Shown: positions 17,701 through 30,195, counted from the stretch's first letter. The stretch is DNA of 64,000 nucleotides from Candidatus Nitrospinota bacterium M3_3B_026 (GCA_051418015.1 JBPRGF010000018.1:32001-96000), one strand, 5' to 3'. The notes: a model not told the origin generated them from the sequence alone. Made by a program: numbers and translations.

Positions 17701-18228
17701 GTCCTGCATCTCCAGGTAGAACCTGCCGGGGAAGACGTTTTTGTAGAAATCCGCCGCCTCGGCGGCCTTCTTTTCGTCACCGGCGGAAAGCGCCGAGGGG
17801 ATCTCCCCCTGCAGGCAGGCGGAAAGGGCGATCAGCCCGCCGGAGAGCTCCTCTAAAAGCTCCTTGTCTATCCTGGGTTTGTAGTAATACCCTTCCGTGT
17901 AGCCCGCCGTGACGAGCCTGCACAGGTTCTGGTACCCTTTTCTGTTCTGGGCGAGGAGGACGAGATGATGGGGACGGGAGCTGCTTGTCCTGTCCAGCCT
18001 GGAACCGGGGGCGACGTAGGCCTCGCAACCGATGATCGGCTTCACGCCCGCCTCCATCGCCGCGCGGAAAAACTCCACCGCGCCGAACATGGCCCCATGG
18101 TCGGTGACCGCCACGGCGGGGGCTTTCTGCTCCACGGCCTTCTCAAGGAGCGGGCCGAACTTGATCGCCCCGTCGAGCAGGCTGTATTGGCTGTGGAGGT
18201 GGAGGTGGACGAACTCGCTGTGTTTCAA
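14764..18228 (-). CDS. dnaE: DNA polymerase III alpha subunit
   Basis: PHP motif HLHLHSQYSLLDG, GRGSAAGS, PDIDIDF, GFNKSHS; TTG start. Confidence 0.97.
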   Translation of the reverse strand: MKHSEFVHLHLHSQYSLLDGAIKFGPLLEKAVEQKAPAVAVTDHGAMFGAVEFFRAAMEAGVKPIIGCEAYVAPGSRLDRTSSSRPHHLVLLAQNRKGYQNLCRLVTAGYTEGYYYKPRIDKELLEELSGGLIALSACLQGEIPSALSAGDEKKAAEAADFYKNVFPGRFYLEMQDHGMEEQKKVNRLMLPFARKMDLPLVATNDAHYLNREDAEAHDALLCIGSGKLLRDENRLRYPGDQFYVKSAEEMAALFAEVPEAIKNTLKVAEELNFTFEEGEYHLPSFPIPADTTIDMHLEEMASHGLELRFIQAEKTGKPIEAERKAEYMKRLRSELEIINKMGFPGYFLITWDFIRHARDKGIPVGPGRGSAAGSMVAYALKITNLDPMKYGLIFERFLNPERVSMPDIDIDFCMDRRGEIIDYVREKYGGQSHVAQIITFGTMKARAVVRDVARVMDIPYAQADKIAKLIPHDLKMTVDKAVEQEPRLKKLKEENPQIEKLLDISKRLEGTARHASTHAAGVVISPEPLTSFMPLFKPPGENGEVSTQYQMKDIESLGLLKMDFLGLRTLTVIDNTAKQIKASHDPAFDIESILPDDAKTFELLRAARTFGVFQLESTGMRDLIRKMKPTGFRDIIALVALYRPGPINSGMADQYVRRKHGHEKVELEFPELEPILGETYGVTVYQEQVMKIANVLAGFSLGQADTLRKAMGKKNMNIMAEVREQFIEGAAQKGHDAEKVKELWGKLEQFGEYGFNKSHSACYALVAYQTAYLKAHYPKEYMAALITSDMDNSDKVLRCIQELREMGIEALPPDVNESMRDFTVAKDGIRFGLAAVKGVGASTVNAIIETRRRLGRFTSLLNFMEETPAQAINRRVVEALIKCGAFDSLGHTRAALFESIEETMSLAQKTQRDKEIGQAALFGSSGGDEAAAGGVKIKDTPEWPEKQRLAYEKEALGFYISGHPLTEYAKDLKLLATYDTGGLSKAPHKGEVRMGGVVIAKRTQITRKGDTMAYLTLEDLSGVAEALVWPDVYAKSVELLEGDEPVFIKGTADVDEEKGAKVIAQEIMTFPQARAEFTNSVRVSMSTPGLEKETLMELKSILEKHSGSCPVYLNMSIPGKGLVVLRARNVGVRADDGLVCELEGLLGAESVKLE

Positions 18229-18324
18229 TATGTTATCTTTTTAAAGCGGCGCCAGCGCCTCCCCAGGGGCAAACGGCGGCGCGGCGGGTTTTTACGTTAT
18301 CCTGCGCCCCGCGCCCCGGCGCTG

Positions 18325-18615
18325 TCAAATCTCGTCTTCCGGAACGTCGTCGACGATTATTCGGCCCTCGTCCGGATCAAACCCTTCGGCGTCCTCGCTT
18401 ACCGGAAATTCCTCGTCTATTTCCTCTATCTCCTCATCGCTTTCAAGCTCCTCGACAACGATAGGCGCTTTTGGGCCCCTGGAGGAGGTTTTTTTCGGGG
18501 CTTTCCTCTGATCCGCGCCGCACCTTGGACAGATGGGTTCTGGTTTTCTCATCGTATAGAACTTGGCCCCGCACTCGAAGCAGGTGTACTTGTCGCCGTA
18601 CTTGGGATGCGTCAT
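18325..18615 (-). CDS. FYDLN-acid domain-like protein (zinc ribbon plus acidic tail)
   Basis: G.K.TCFECGAKFY....PICPRCG followed by an acidic C-terminus. Confidence 0.8.
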   Translation of the reverse strand: MTHPKYGDKYTCFECGAKFYTMRKPEPICPRCGADQRKAPKKTSSRGPKAPIVVEELESDEEIEEIDEEFPVSEDAEGFDPDEGRIIVDDVPEDEI

Positions 18616-18756
18616 AACGCTCCAATTAAATGATTGTCACGCCGTATCGAAACTTTTTGTCCATCAACGTCTGGATAGTGATACAAAAACATGACCGAAA
18701 AGGCAATACTATTTTTTATCTAATAGAATCAAGACATTGGAGCAGGGCCGACAGCC

Positions 18757-21791
<3,035 letters not shown>

Positions 21792-21912
21792 TTAGCAAAA
21801 ACTCAGACCAAAGGCTCTAGAGCCTGAAATAATCCTTTATAAAGAAAGGAGGGCGTGAGCGCAAGGTTTTTAAGTTTTCGGCGGCGGATCAGTTTGAATT
21901 TATTTCGAAAGG

Positions 21913-22006
21913 CAAGGTCCATCGCCTTCGGCTCGGTGCGCCGGTACCCTGCGGATTTCTCAGACACTCATTGTCCCGAACGAGCGAAGCGGCGTGAAGG
22001 ACCTTG
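21913..22006. repeat. Imperfect intergenic palindrome related to the cgagcgaagc element family
   Basis: caaggtccatcgccttcggctcg pairs imperfectly with cgagcgaagcggcgtgaaggaccttg. Confidence 0.45.
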
Positions 22007-22071
22007 ATTTGTTTTTTTCAAACTTATCCGCCTCCGGGCTCCCAGCCCCGGTATCAACGGCGCCGCGGTTT

Positions 22072-23010
22072 TCAAATAACCTCCCGGACGGCCTCCATGG
22101 CCTCGGCGGGGATATCCTGCCCCATGGCCTCGACATTCTCCGCCACCTGCGCCGTGGTGTTGCATCCGACGATGGCGGCGGTGACGCCGGGCTGCTCCAC
22201 GGCCCAGCGGATGGCCAGGGCGGAAAGCTTCAGGCCGAACCGGTCCGCTATCTCCTTGAGCTTCTCCACCTTTTCCACGGCGGCGGGCCAGGCATCTTCC
22301 CGGAAGACGCCCATCCTGCCGCGCCCCCGCCAGTCGTCGAACCGCGATCCGCTCCCGTACTTGCCGGAAAGCATCCCCGAGGCCAGGGGGCTGTAGACGA
22401 TCACCCCCAGCCCAAGCTCCCGGGCGAGGGGCAGCGGATCGGTCTCTATGTCTCGCTCCAGCATGTTGTATTTCGGCTGGATACAGTCCACCGGCGCGCT
22501 TTCCAGAGCCTTCCGCAGAAGGTCGGCGGAAAAGTTGCAGACCCCGATGGCCCCGATCTTGCCCTGCTCGGCCAGCCTCGCGAGCGCCTCCATGGTCTTC
22601 TCGACGGGCGTGGCGGGGTCGGGCCAGTGGACCTGGTAGAGGTCGATCCTGTCGGTACGCAGCCTGCGGAGGGAGCCTTCCACCTCCTCGGCGATGGAGG
22701 CGGGCGAAAGGTCGTGGTATATCCCGCCGAGGGCTTTTTCCCGCCAGCGCAGCCCCAGCTTCGTGGCGATGTAGACATCGTCCCTTCTCCCGGCGGCGGC
22801 CTCGCCGACAAGCTCCTCCGACAGGCCGAACCCGTAGACCGGGGCCGTGTCTATCATGTTGATCCCGTGGTCGATGGCGGCCCGGATTGTCTTGATCGAC
22901 TCGCCCCTGTCCCTCTCGGCCCAGAAAGGCGGCCCGCCGATCCCCCACGCGCCGAGGATTATCGGCGTGACCTCCATGTCAGAAGCTTCGCTCAGCCTGC
23001 GTTTTTCCAT
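22072..23010 (-). CDS. Aldo/keto reductase
   Basis: IDTAPVYG, IATK, DLYQVHWPD, IGVCNF, YSPLASG. Confidence 0.93.
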   Translation of the reverse strand: MEKRRLSEASDMEVTPIILGAWGIGGPPFWAERDRGESIKTIRAAIDHGINMIDTAPVYGFGLSEELVGEAAAGRRDDVYIATKLGLRWREKALGGIYHDLSPASIAEEVEGSLRRLRTDRIDLYQVHWPDPATPVEKTMEALARLAEQGKIGAIGVCNFSADLLRKALESAPVDCIQPKYNMLERDIETDPLPLARELGLGVIVYSPLASGMLSGKYGSGSRFDDWRGRGRMGVFREDAWPAAVEKVEKLKEIADRFGLKLSALAIRWAVEQPGVTAAIVGCNTTAQVAENVEAMGQDIPAEAMEAVREVI

Positions 23011-23043
23011 TCCCTTCTCCCAGCTCGAGTCCGGGCGTTGGCG

Positions 23044-23937
23044 CTATTGCCCGCCGGCGTCATCGTCTGGGGCGATGCGGATCGTCTCGCCCCATTTGAG
23101 CTTGCCCCGCAGGAGCTGGTAGTAATTCTTGTAAGGAGACTGGATGATCCTCGTCACCTCTTTCGATCTTTTCACGGAGATCCTGTCTCTGGAGTTGAGC
23201 TGGAAACCAACCTGACCGTCCAGCGTGGCAAGGGCCTCGTCGGAATGGCCTGAGGCCAGGGAGATGTCTATCTTCTCGTTGTCCGGAATGACGATGGGCC
23301 TGTTGGAAAGGGTGTGCGGGCAGATGGGGCTTATTATCACCGCGTTGAGGGAGGGGTAGACGATCGGCCCCCCGGCGGAGAGATTATACGCCGTGGAGCC
23401 TGTGGGGGTTGCGATGATGAGACCGTCGGCGGTGTACTGGTTCACGAAAACGCCGTTCAGGGCCACGCGGACGTCAACCATCCGGGCCAGGGCCCCGCGG
23501 TTTATTACCAGGTCGTTCAGGACGGTGTGGAAGGCCACGTCCCGGCCCTCGCGGGAGATGACCACGTCCAGCATTATCCTGTCTTCGTAACGGTAGTCCC
23601 CCGCCAGCACGCGCTCCAGGGCTGGGATGGTCTGCTCGTAGGCGAACTCCGCGAGAAAACCGAGGCTGCCAAGATTGACACCCAGGATGGGGACGGCGCG
23701 TTTTTCCATCATCCGGGCGACGCTCAGGAAAGTCCCGTCGCCGCCCATCACCACGATGAGGTCGGCCCGGTTTACAAGGTCCACCTTTGTCAGGTCGGAC
23801 TCCATGCCGGCCCTGGCGGCGGACTCCGAGTCTATTATGTAGTCAATCCCCCGCTCGGCGAGCCACTTCACGAGCCCCGTCACCCCCTCCGCGGCGAGGG
23901 GGCTTTTTACCTTGGCGACTATTCCTATGAGTTTCAT
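23044..23937 (-). CDS. nadK: NAD kinase
   Basis: GGDGT, GSLGFL, LND, DGLIIATPTGSTAYNLSAGGP. Confidence 0.95.
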   Translation of the reverse strand: MKLIGIVAKVKSPLAAEGVTGLVKWLAERGIDYIIDSESAARAGMESDLTKVDLVNRADLIVVMGGDGTFLSVARMMEKRAVPILGVNLGSLGFLAEFAYEQTIPALERVLAGDYRYEDRIMLDVVISREGRDVAFHTVLNDLVINRGALARMVDVRVALNGVFVNQYTADGLIIATPTGSTAYNLSAGGPIVYPSLNAVIISPICPHTLSNRPIVIPDNEKIDISLASGHSDEALATLDGQVGFQLNSRDRISVKRSKEVTRIIQSPYKNYYQLLRGKLKWGETIRIAPDDDAGGQ

Positions 23938-24104
23938 AAAGCCGTCCTTCATGAACACGGGGCGGCGAGGCCCCGGCAGGCGGTTACAATATCACAAACG
24001 ACGCGGCGGAGAAACGCCGCCGCCCTGGCCCGGCAGTGATGTTTCGGAGCGGCGCTGAAAGAAACCTCCCGCCGCGCAAGGGGGGCGTGTGAAAGTTCCC
24101 GGTG

Positions 24105-25274
24105 TCAGGACGGATGCTCCCCTCCGGCGTACTCCCTTCTCAAAGCCTTCGCCTCGGAGAAACCGGGGTCGAGGGCGAGGGCGCGGTCGAGCGCTTTTAT
24201 GGCTTTATCCTTCTGGCCGGACTCGTATAGGGCGCGGGCGAGGTTATAGTACAGTCCCTCGTCGTTTTTGTCCACGTTGAGCGCTTTTATGTATATGTTT
24301 ATCGCCTCGCCGTGTTTGCCCTGTTTTCTCAGGGCGATGGCCATCCTGTTGTATAGGGGGATCTTGTCCGGGCTGATGTCCAGCGCCGCGCCGAAGGCGC
24401 CCTCGGCCTTCTGGTAGAGGCCTTTGTCGAGGTAGGCGTTTCCTATCTGGGTTCTGTTCTCGACGTTGCCCGGCTCCATCCGAGTCGCCTTGTCGAAGGC
24501 GCCGTCGGCGGCCTCCACCATGTCCGCGCCGAGATAGCTTTTGCCAAGCTCCACGTTCGTCTCGGCGTCGGCGTTTTTTCTCTTCGCCGCGCGCTCCAGG
24601 ACGCGGACGGAGGCGAGGTAGTCCTTCTTGCGCTGGAGGGCCACGCCGAGCCACTTGTCCACCTCCGGGTGGCGGGAGTCGATCTGCTTTGTGTTCTGGA
24701 AAGCGGCGATGGCCTGGTCGTGCATCTCAAGCTCCATGTAGCATCTGCCCTGCATAAAGACAAGCCCGGGGTCGGTGAATTCATCCGCCGCCTCCCTGAA
24801 AAGCTTCAGGGCGCCTTCGAAATCGCCTTTGTCAAAGAGCTTCCCAGCCTTTACCGCCGTCTCGGCGGCGAGGGCTTTAAGGGTATCCGTCTCCATGCCG
24901 TAAAGCCCGAAGATCATGTCCCGCAGCTCGTCCGGGCCGAAGGGGCGCGAAAGCCAGTTTTTAACCCCCATCTCCTTCATCTGCTCCATCTCGCGGCGGC
25001 TCAGCTTCGGGACGATCATCACGAACTTTATCCTGGCAAGCTCCCTGTCCTTTTTAAGCGAGGAGAAGACCTGCGAGCCGGAGTACCTTGGCAGGGTGTA
25101 GCTGACCAGCATCAGCTCCGGGGGATCTTTTTTTATCCCCGTCAGGACCTGCAGCCCGTCGGTCATCTCCGACACCACGCCAAAACCCGCGTCCCGCAAG
25201 GCTTCGCGGGTGTTCCTCGCCTCGGCGGGGTTGTCCACCACCAGGATTTTTATGCCGGAAAGGTCGTGCGCCAT
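24105..25274 (-). CDS. Atypical receiver domain plus TPR-repeat protein
   Basis: N-terminal REC-like fold followed by multiple TPRs (e.g. YNRMAIALRKQGKHGEAI, YYNLARALYE). Confidence 0.8.
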   Translation of the reverse strand: MAHDLSGIKILVVDNPAEARNTREALRDAGFGVVSEMTDGLQVLTGIKKDPPELMLVSYTLPRYSGSQVFSSLKKDRELARIKFVMIVPKLSRREMEQMKEMGVKNWLSRPFGPDELRDMIFGLYGMETDTLKALAAETAVKAGKLFDKGDFEGALKLFREAADEFTDPGLVFMQGRCYMELEMHDQAIAAFQNTKQIDSRHPEVDKWLGVALQRKKDYLASVRVLERAAKRKNADAETNVELGKSYLGADMVEAADGAFDKATRMEPGNVENRTQIGNAYLDKGLYQKAEGAFGAALDISPDKIPLYNRMAIALRKQGKHGEAINIYIKALNVDKNDEGLYYNLARALYESGQKDKAIKALDRALALDPGFSEAKALRREYAGGEHPS

Positions 25275-25356
25275 AGCGGTAAGGTGACAGGTTGACAGGT
25301 ATTTCCGGGCCTGCGGCCGTTAAGGCCAATTAAATCATAGCACACAAGGGCATGGC

Positions 25357-26571
25357 TTACAGGCCGCCGTCGTTTTTGATCCTTGAAAGGAGGAGCCACC
25401 CCGCCACGATGAAAAGAGCGAGCGACAGGACCGCGAGCCGGTACTGGGCCGTCCCGCCGAGGGGCGAAAAGACCATCACGATCACGCCCCAGACCATCGG
25501 GCCCGTTATGGAGGCCGCCTTGCCCGCCAGGTTGAAAAGCCCGAACATCTCCCCCACCCGCCCAGGGGGCGAAAGCCGTACCAGCAGCGACCTGCCGCAG
25601 ACCCAAACCCCGCCGATGGCCACCCCCGCAAGCGGGCCCACAAGCCAGAACACCGCCTCGTTGAAAGAGACCGCCGCCCAGAACAGCGTGAACACCCATG
25701 TCCCCAGGACGCCCTTCAGGGCCGAGAGCGGCCCGAATCTGTTTGAAAGCCGCCCCCAGAAAAGAGACCCCGCCGCCGCGCCCAGCGTGGAGAGAACGAA
25801 GAAGACCGTAAGCCGTCCGCCGCTCAAGCCGATCACCTTGTCCGCGTAGACCGACATGAAAGCGATCACGGTGTTTACCCCGTCCAGGATGAAAAAGTTC
25901 GCCAGAAGGAAGATGAAAAGGTCACGGTTGGAGCGGGCCTGCCTGAAAGTCTCCGCCACGCGCCTGAAAGCCCCCATGACGTTCATTCTCTCGAACGCGC
26001 CACGCCGCTCGTCTCTGACCCATGCGAACAGGGGAAGGGAGAAAAGGAAAAAAAGCGCCGCCGTCGGCGCGAAGGCCGCCGTGCGTCCGTAGTTTTCGGC
26101 CACCGGGAGGACGGCCAGGAGCCCGGCTATCGCCCCGATGTATCCCAGGCCTACGCCATATCCGGCGACGGTGGGGACGGACGTCCCCCGCGCCACGGCG
26201 GGCAGCAGCGCGTCGTAGAAGACCAGCGAGGCGTTGTACATGTAATTGGCCGCAACGAACAGGGCCAGCCCCGCCCACAGCGAGGAGACGCCGCTGATGG
26301 CCGCCGTCGCCGTCACGCAGACGATGGTCGTGAGCGCCAGCGGCCTTACCCTGCGGCCGGTTTGGTCCGACAACGCCCCCAGGACAGGCGCCGTGACGGC
26401 CATGAGGAGCATGGAGGAGGAGAGCGCGATGGAGTAATAGATGTCCGGGGCGCCATGATCGACGGTGACCCACAGGGGGAAATAGCGGGAGACGACGTTC
26501 ATGGAGAAGATGGTGTTGGCGAAATCGTACAGAGCCCAGCCGAGGATAGCCCTCGGCGCCCGTTCCGCCAT
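25357..26571 (-). CDS. MFS transporter (UMF1/Atg22-like)
   Basis: WALYDFANT, FYDALLP, GEMFGLF...GK; about 12 TM segments. Confidence 0.88.
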   Translation of the reverse strand: MAERAPRAILGWALYDFANTIFSMNVVSRYFPLWVTVDHGAPDIYYSIALSSSMLLMAVTAPVLGALSDQTGRRVRPLALTTIVCVTATAAISGVSSLWAGLALFVAANYMYNASLVFYDALLPAVARGTSVPTVAGYGVGLGYIGAIAGLLAVLPVAENYGRTAAFAPTAALFFLFSLPLFAWVRDERRGAFERMNVMGAFRRVAETFRQARSNRDLFIFLLANFFILDGVNTVIAFMSVYADKVIGLSGGRLTVFFVLSTLGAAAGSLFWGRLSNRFGPLSALKGVLGTWVFTLFWAAVSFNEAVFWLVGPLAGVAIGGVWVCGRSLLVRLSPPGRVGEMFGLFNLAGKAASITGPMVWGVIVMVFSPLGGTAQYRLAVLSLALFIVAGWLLLSRIKNDGGL

Positions 26572-26778
26572 CTTCTTTCGCCCGCCGCCTCTTTATCTTG
26601 TGTAACTTCGGTTAAACTAGTATATTAACAGCGTTATACCGCTTTTTTAAGGAAGGCGGCAGGCCCGCCCCGCGCGGGTCTCTTTCAGGACGGCCGCGCT
26701 TCGCGGTTTCCAGCGGGTCAAGGAGCCGGTGGTGATGCATGGCGTTGTTCCAGGAGTGTTTTATCCCCTCGCTGTCCC

Positions 26779-28251
26779 ATGAATGAAAAGAAAAAACAGC
26801 CGGACGACAAGACGGACAGTATAGACCTCGAGGCGCTCCTGCGCGAGAAGGAAAAGCTTGAGTCGCTGATCAAGCGCAAGTTCTCCAAGGAGATAACGGT
26901 GATGTTCACCGACATCACCGGGTCGACGCAGATCGCCGAGGAGATAGGCGACCTGGCGATGCGCTCCCTGCTCAAGCGCCACTACGACATCATCTTTCCC
27001 ATAGTGGAGGGCGCCAACGGCACACTGGTCAAGACCATGGGCGACGGCACCCTGTCGTATTTCCTGAGCCCAGCCGACGCCGTCCGGGCCGCCATCGGCA
27101 TCCAGCGCGGATTCCAGGAGCACAACAGCGACAAGAGCAAGATACCCCTTCTCATCCGCTGCGGGCTCAACACGGGCCTTGGCATAGTGGAAAAAAAGGA
27201 CATCTACGGCGACGTGGTGAACGTGGCCCAGCGGTTCGAGGCGCTGGCGGGGCCGGGGGACATTCTCCTGTCCGAAGAGACGCGCAGTCTCGTGGAGGGT
27301 GAAGAGGACATATTCGTCGTCTTTTTCCAGGAGGCGAGGATAAGGGGCAAGGTCGGCGTCCAGAGCATATACAAGGCCCTTTGGGATGAAAAGGAAATAG
27401 AGTCCCACAAGAGGCTTTCTCCTGAAGAGCGCGGGAAGCTGGCCACGCCAAACGGCGTGGCGACGGCGGACGTCCCCCTCGAGTGGGGGGACAGCCCTCC
27501 CACGACCCAGACCGTCCGGCTTCGGGCGGAGCCGGACGCGAGGCTGCTGGTGGAGCAGAGGGGGCGGGAGCCTGTCTTCTACGACCTCGCCGGGAAGGAG
27601 ATGATAATCGGCCGTTCCCCGAAGGCGGACATTCACCTGCCGGAGGCTTTTGTGTCCCGCAGGCACGCCAGGATATACGAGGTCGGCGGCGGGTACCACA
27701 TCGAGGACCTGAAAAGCCACGTCGGGGTCCGCCACAAGGGGGAGAAAATAGTCTCCCGCCCCATGAGCGACGGTGACGAATACACCATCGGGTCCGTCAA
27801 GCTCGTCTTCCAGATGAAGCGGGACGAGGCCGCCGGGGAGGAGGACTCCTGGTCCGACGGGAGCGCGACGATGGCCTTCGAGGCCGGGCGGATACTCAGC
27901 CTCGTCGTCGAAAAAGAGGGGCGGATAATCGCCCACCACGGCGTCTCCGAAAAGCCCATGACCATCGGCAGGGCCGAGGGGCGCCAGATCAGGCTGGAGA
28001 GCCCCATGGTCTCCCGCAAGCACGCCAGGATATATAAATCCGGCGAAGGGGCGAGGGTGGAGGACCTCGGCAGCAACAACGGCACCTACGTCAACGGCAA
28101 AAGGGTGGAGGAGGCGGACGTCTCCCTGGGCGACGAGATAAGGATCGGCCCCTTCGCCCTCCGGGTGGTCAACCCCGCCCAGCCCCTGGACAAGGGCGAC
28201 GCCAACGCGAGCATGGTGGCGCGGCTTTTTTCGTTCCTTTCGAAGAAGTAG
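26779..28251 (+). CDS. Class III adenylate cyclase with two C-terminal FHA domains
   Basis: FTDITGST, KTMGDG, DIYGDVVNVAQR; two FHA GR...SRxHA motifs. Confidence 0.88.
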   Translation: MNEKKKQPDDKTDSIDLEALLREKEKLESLIKRKFSKEITVMFTDITGSTQIAEEIGDLAMRSLLKRHYDIIFPIVEGANGTLVKTMGDGTLSYFLSPADAVRAAIGIQRGFQEHNSDKSKIPLLIRCGLNTGLGIVEKKDIYGDVVNVAQRFEALAGPGDILLSEETRSLVEGEEDIFVVFFQEARIRGKVGVQSIYKALWDEKEIESHKRLSPEERGKLATPNGVATADVPLEWGDSPPTTQTVRLRAEPDARLLVEQRGREPVFYDLAGKEMIIGRSPKADIHLPEAFVSRRHARIYEVGGGYHIEDLKSHVGVRHKGEKIVSRPMSDGDEYTIGSVKLVFQMKRDEAAGEEDSWSDGSATMAFEAGRILSLVVEKEGRIIAHHGVSEKPMTIGRAEGRQIRLESPMVSRKHARIYKSGEGARVEDLGSNNGTYVNGKRVEEADVSLGDEIRIGPFALRVVNPAQPLDKGDANASMVARLFSFLSKK

Positions 28252-28313
28252 CGCCGCCGGTTTGAACCCGCGCCCTCCTTCGGATACGATGTTTGGATCA
28301 ATTCAACGTGTCT

Positions 28314-29009
28314 ATGACCACGATAGCGGATAACATCGCCGAAGTTCGCCGCAGGATGACCGCCGCCGCCGCCAGGGCGGGGCGGGGCGCCGCGCCGGTA
28401 AGGCTCGTGGCTGTGACCAAAAACGTGGACGCCGCCAGGGCGGCGCAGGCCGTCGAGGCGGGGGTCGAGGACCTCGGCGAGTCGCGGGTCCAGGAGGCGC
28501 GGGCCAAGTCCGGCGTGATCGGCCCCGGGGCGCGCTGGCACATGATCGGCCCGCTGCAGACGAACAAGGCGAAGTACTGCCCGGGGCTGTTCACGCTCAT
28601 CCATTCAGTGGACAGGCGGGAGCTTGCGCGGGAGCTTGCGCGCCGGGCGGAGGCGGCGGGGACCATGCTGGAGGCGCTCTTGCAGGTTAATATATCCGGC
28701 GAGCGGCGAAAGTCCGGCTGCGCGCCGGAGGAGGCGGAGGATATTTTAAAGTCCATATCGGGTGAGGCCGGGCTTAAAATAAAAGGTCTGATGACCATAC
28801 CGCCCTACAGCGAGGACCCGGAGGACTCCCGGCCCTTTTACAGGGCGCTGATGGAGCTGCGGGGGGACCTTGAGCGGCTGGGAATAGAGAACGTCTCCCT
28901 CGATACGATATCGGCGGGGATGACGGGCGATTTCGAGGTGGCTGTCGAGGAGGGATCGACACTGGTCAGGGTGGGGACGGCGATATTCGGCGAGAGGGTT
29001 TACGGCTGA
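28314..29009 (+). CDS. yggS: PLP homeostasis protein
   Basis: LVAVTK, WHMIGPLQTNK, GLMTIPP, VRVGTAIFG; start uncertain (28293 or 28314). Confidence 0.93.
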   Translation: MTTIADNIAEVRRRMTAAAARAGRGAAPVRLVAVTKNVDAARAAQAVEAGVEDLGESRVQEARAKSGVIGPGARWHMIGPLQTNKAKYCPGLFTLIHSVDRRELARELARRAEAAGTMLEALLQVNISGERRKSGCAPEEAEDILKSISGEAGLKIKGLMTIPPYSEDPEDSRPFYRALMELRGDLERLGIENVSLDTISAGMTGDFEVAVEEGSTLVRVGTAIFGERVYG

Positions 29010-29040
29010 CCGTCGCCGGAGCGGGCTGAAGGGACAGGAT

Positions 29041-29877
29041 ATGCTGAAGGACAAAAAGATTACGGTAATAGGCTCGGGGTTCATGGGCGGGTCGCTCGTC
29101 CGCGGGCTGGTCAAAAGCGGCGCGGCGGAGGCGGCGAACGTCATGGCGGCCGACAGCAGGCCGGAACCGCTCGAGAAGCTGGCCTCGGAGCTTGGCGTCC
29201 GGACGTCCACGGACAACGCCGAGGCGGCCGCCTTCGGGGATATCGTGATCCTCGCCGTGAAGCCGGGGACGGCGCCCGCGGTGGCGGCCGAGGCGGAGCC
29301 CTCGCTGGGACGCGAAAAGCTGGTGATCAGCGTGGCCGCCGGGGTTTCCTTGTCGAGCCTTTCATCCTGGCTTCCCGCCGGGGCCAGGATCGTCCGGGCC
29401 ATGCCGAACGTGGCCGCGGCGGTGGGCCAGTCCGCCACGGCGTTCTGCGCGGGCGGCGCGGCGGACGAGGCGGACGCCGAGCTTGCCAGGGAGGTGTTCG
29501 AGGCCGTCGGGACGGCGGTGGAGACGCCCGAGGGGCTGATGGACGCCGTGACGGGCCTTTCCGGCTCGGGGCCTGCGTTCGTCTTCACGTTCCTGGAAGG
29601 GATGATAGACGCCGGTGTGCGCTGCGGCCTTGCGAGGGACGCGGCGGCGGCGCTGGCCGTCCAGACGCTTAACGGCGCCGCCAGGCTCGCCATGGAGACC
29701 GGCAAAAGCCCCTCGGCCCTGAAGGAGACCATAACATCGCCCGGCGGGACAACCATAGCCGGCCTCGCCGTCCTGGAGGAGGCGGGTTTCAGGGGAATAA
29801 TCATGCGCGCCGTGGAGGCGGCCGTGGAGCGGTCGAGGCAGCTTGGCAAGGGACAAACCGGAAAGGGAAGGGATTGA
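29041..29877 (+). CDS. proC: Pyrroline-5-carboxylate reductase
   Basis: IGSGFMG, RAMPN, GLSGSGPA, SPGGTT. Confidence 0.95.
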   Translation: MLKDKKITVIGSGFMGGSLVRGLVKSGAAEAANVMAADSRPEPLEKLASELGVRTSTDNAEAAAFGDIVILAVKPGTAPAVAAEAEPSLGREKLVISVAAGVSLSSLSSWLPAGARIVRAMPNVAAAVGQSATAFCAGGAADEADAELAREVFEAVGTAVETPEGLMDAVTGLSGSGPAFVFTFLEGMIDAGVRCGLARDAAAALAVQTLNGAARLAMETGKSPSALKETITSPGGTTIAGLAVLEEAGFRGIIMRAVEAAVERSRQLGKGQTGKGRD

Positions 29878-30183
29878 ATGTTCGTTTTTGGCAACTTTTT
29901 GATGGCGCTGGGGCAGGTCCTGAACATCGCGCTCACCATCTATCTGTGGGTGGTGATAATACGCGCGTTGATATCATGGGTCAGCCCTGATCCATACAAC
30001 CCCATTGTGCAGTTTTTGTACCGGGTGACGGACCCCGTCATGCGCCCCATACAGCGGGCCATCCCCATGGCGGGGGGGATAGACTTCTCGCCGATCGTGC
30101 TGATCCTGGGGATATATTTTCTCCAGATATTCCTCGTCAACACGCTCATACAGTTCGGCCGGTCGCTCAGCGGCGGCATGTGA
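29878..30183 (+). CDS. yggT: YggT family membrane protein
   Basis: SWVSPDPYNPIVQFL..VTDP...GIDFSP. Confidence 0.92.
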   Translation: MFVFGNFLMALGQVLNIALTIYLWVVIIRALISWVSPDPYNPIVQFLYRVTDPVMRPIQRAIPMAGGIDFSPIVLILGIYFLQIFLVNTLIQFGRSLSGGM

Positions 30184-30195
30184 CCATGACGGCCG

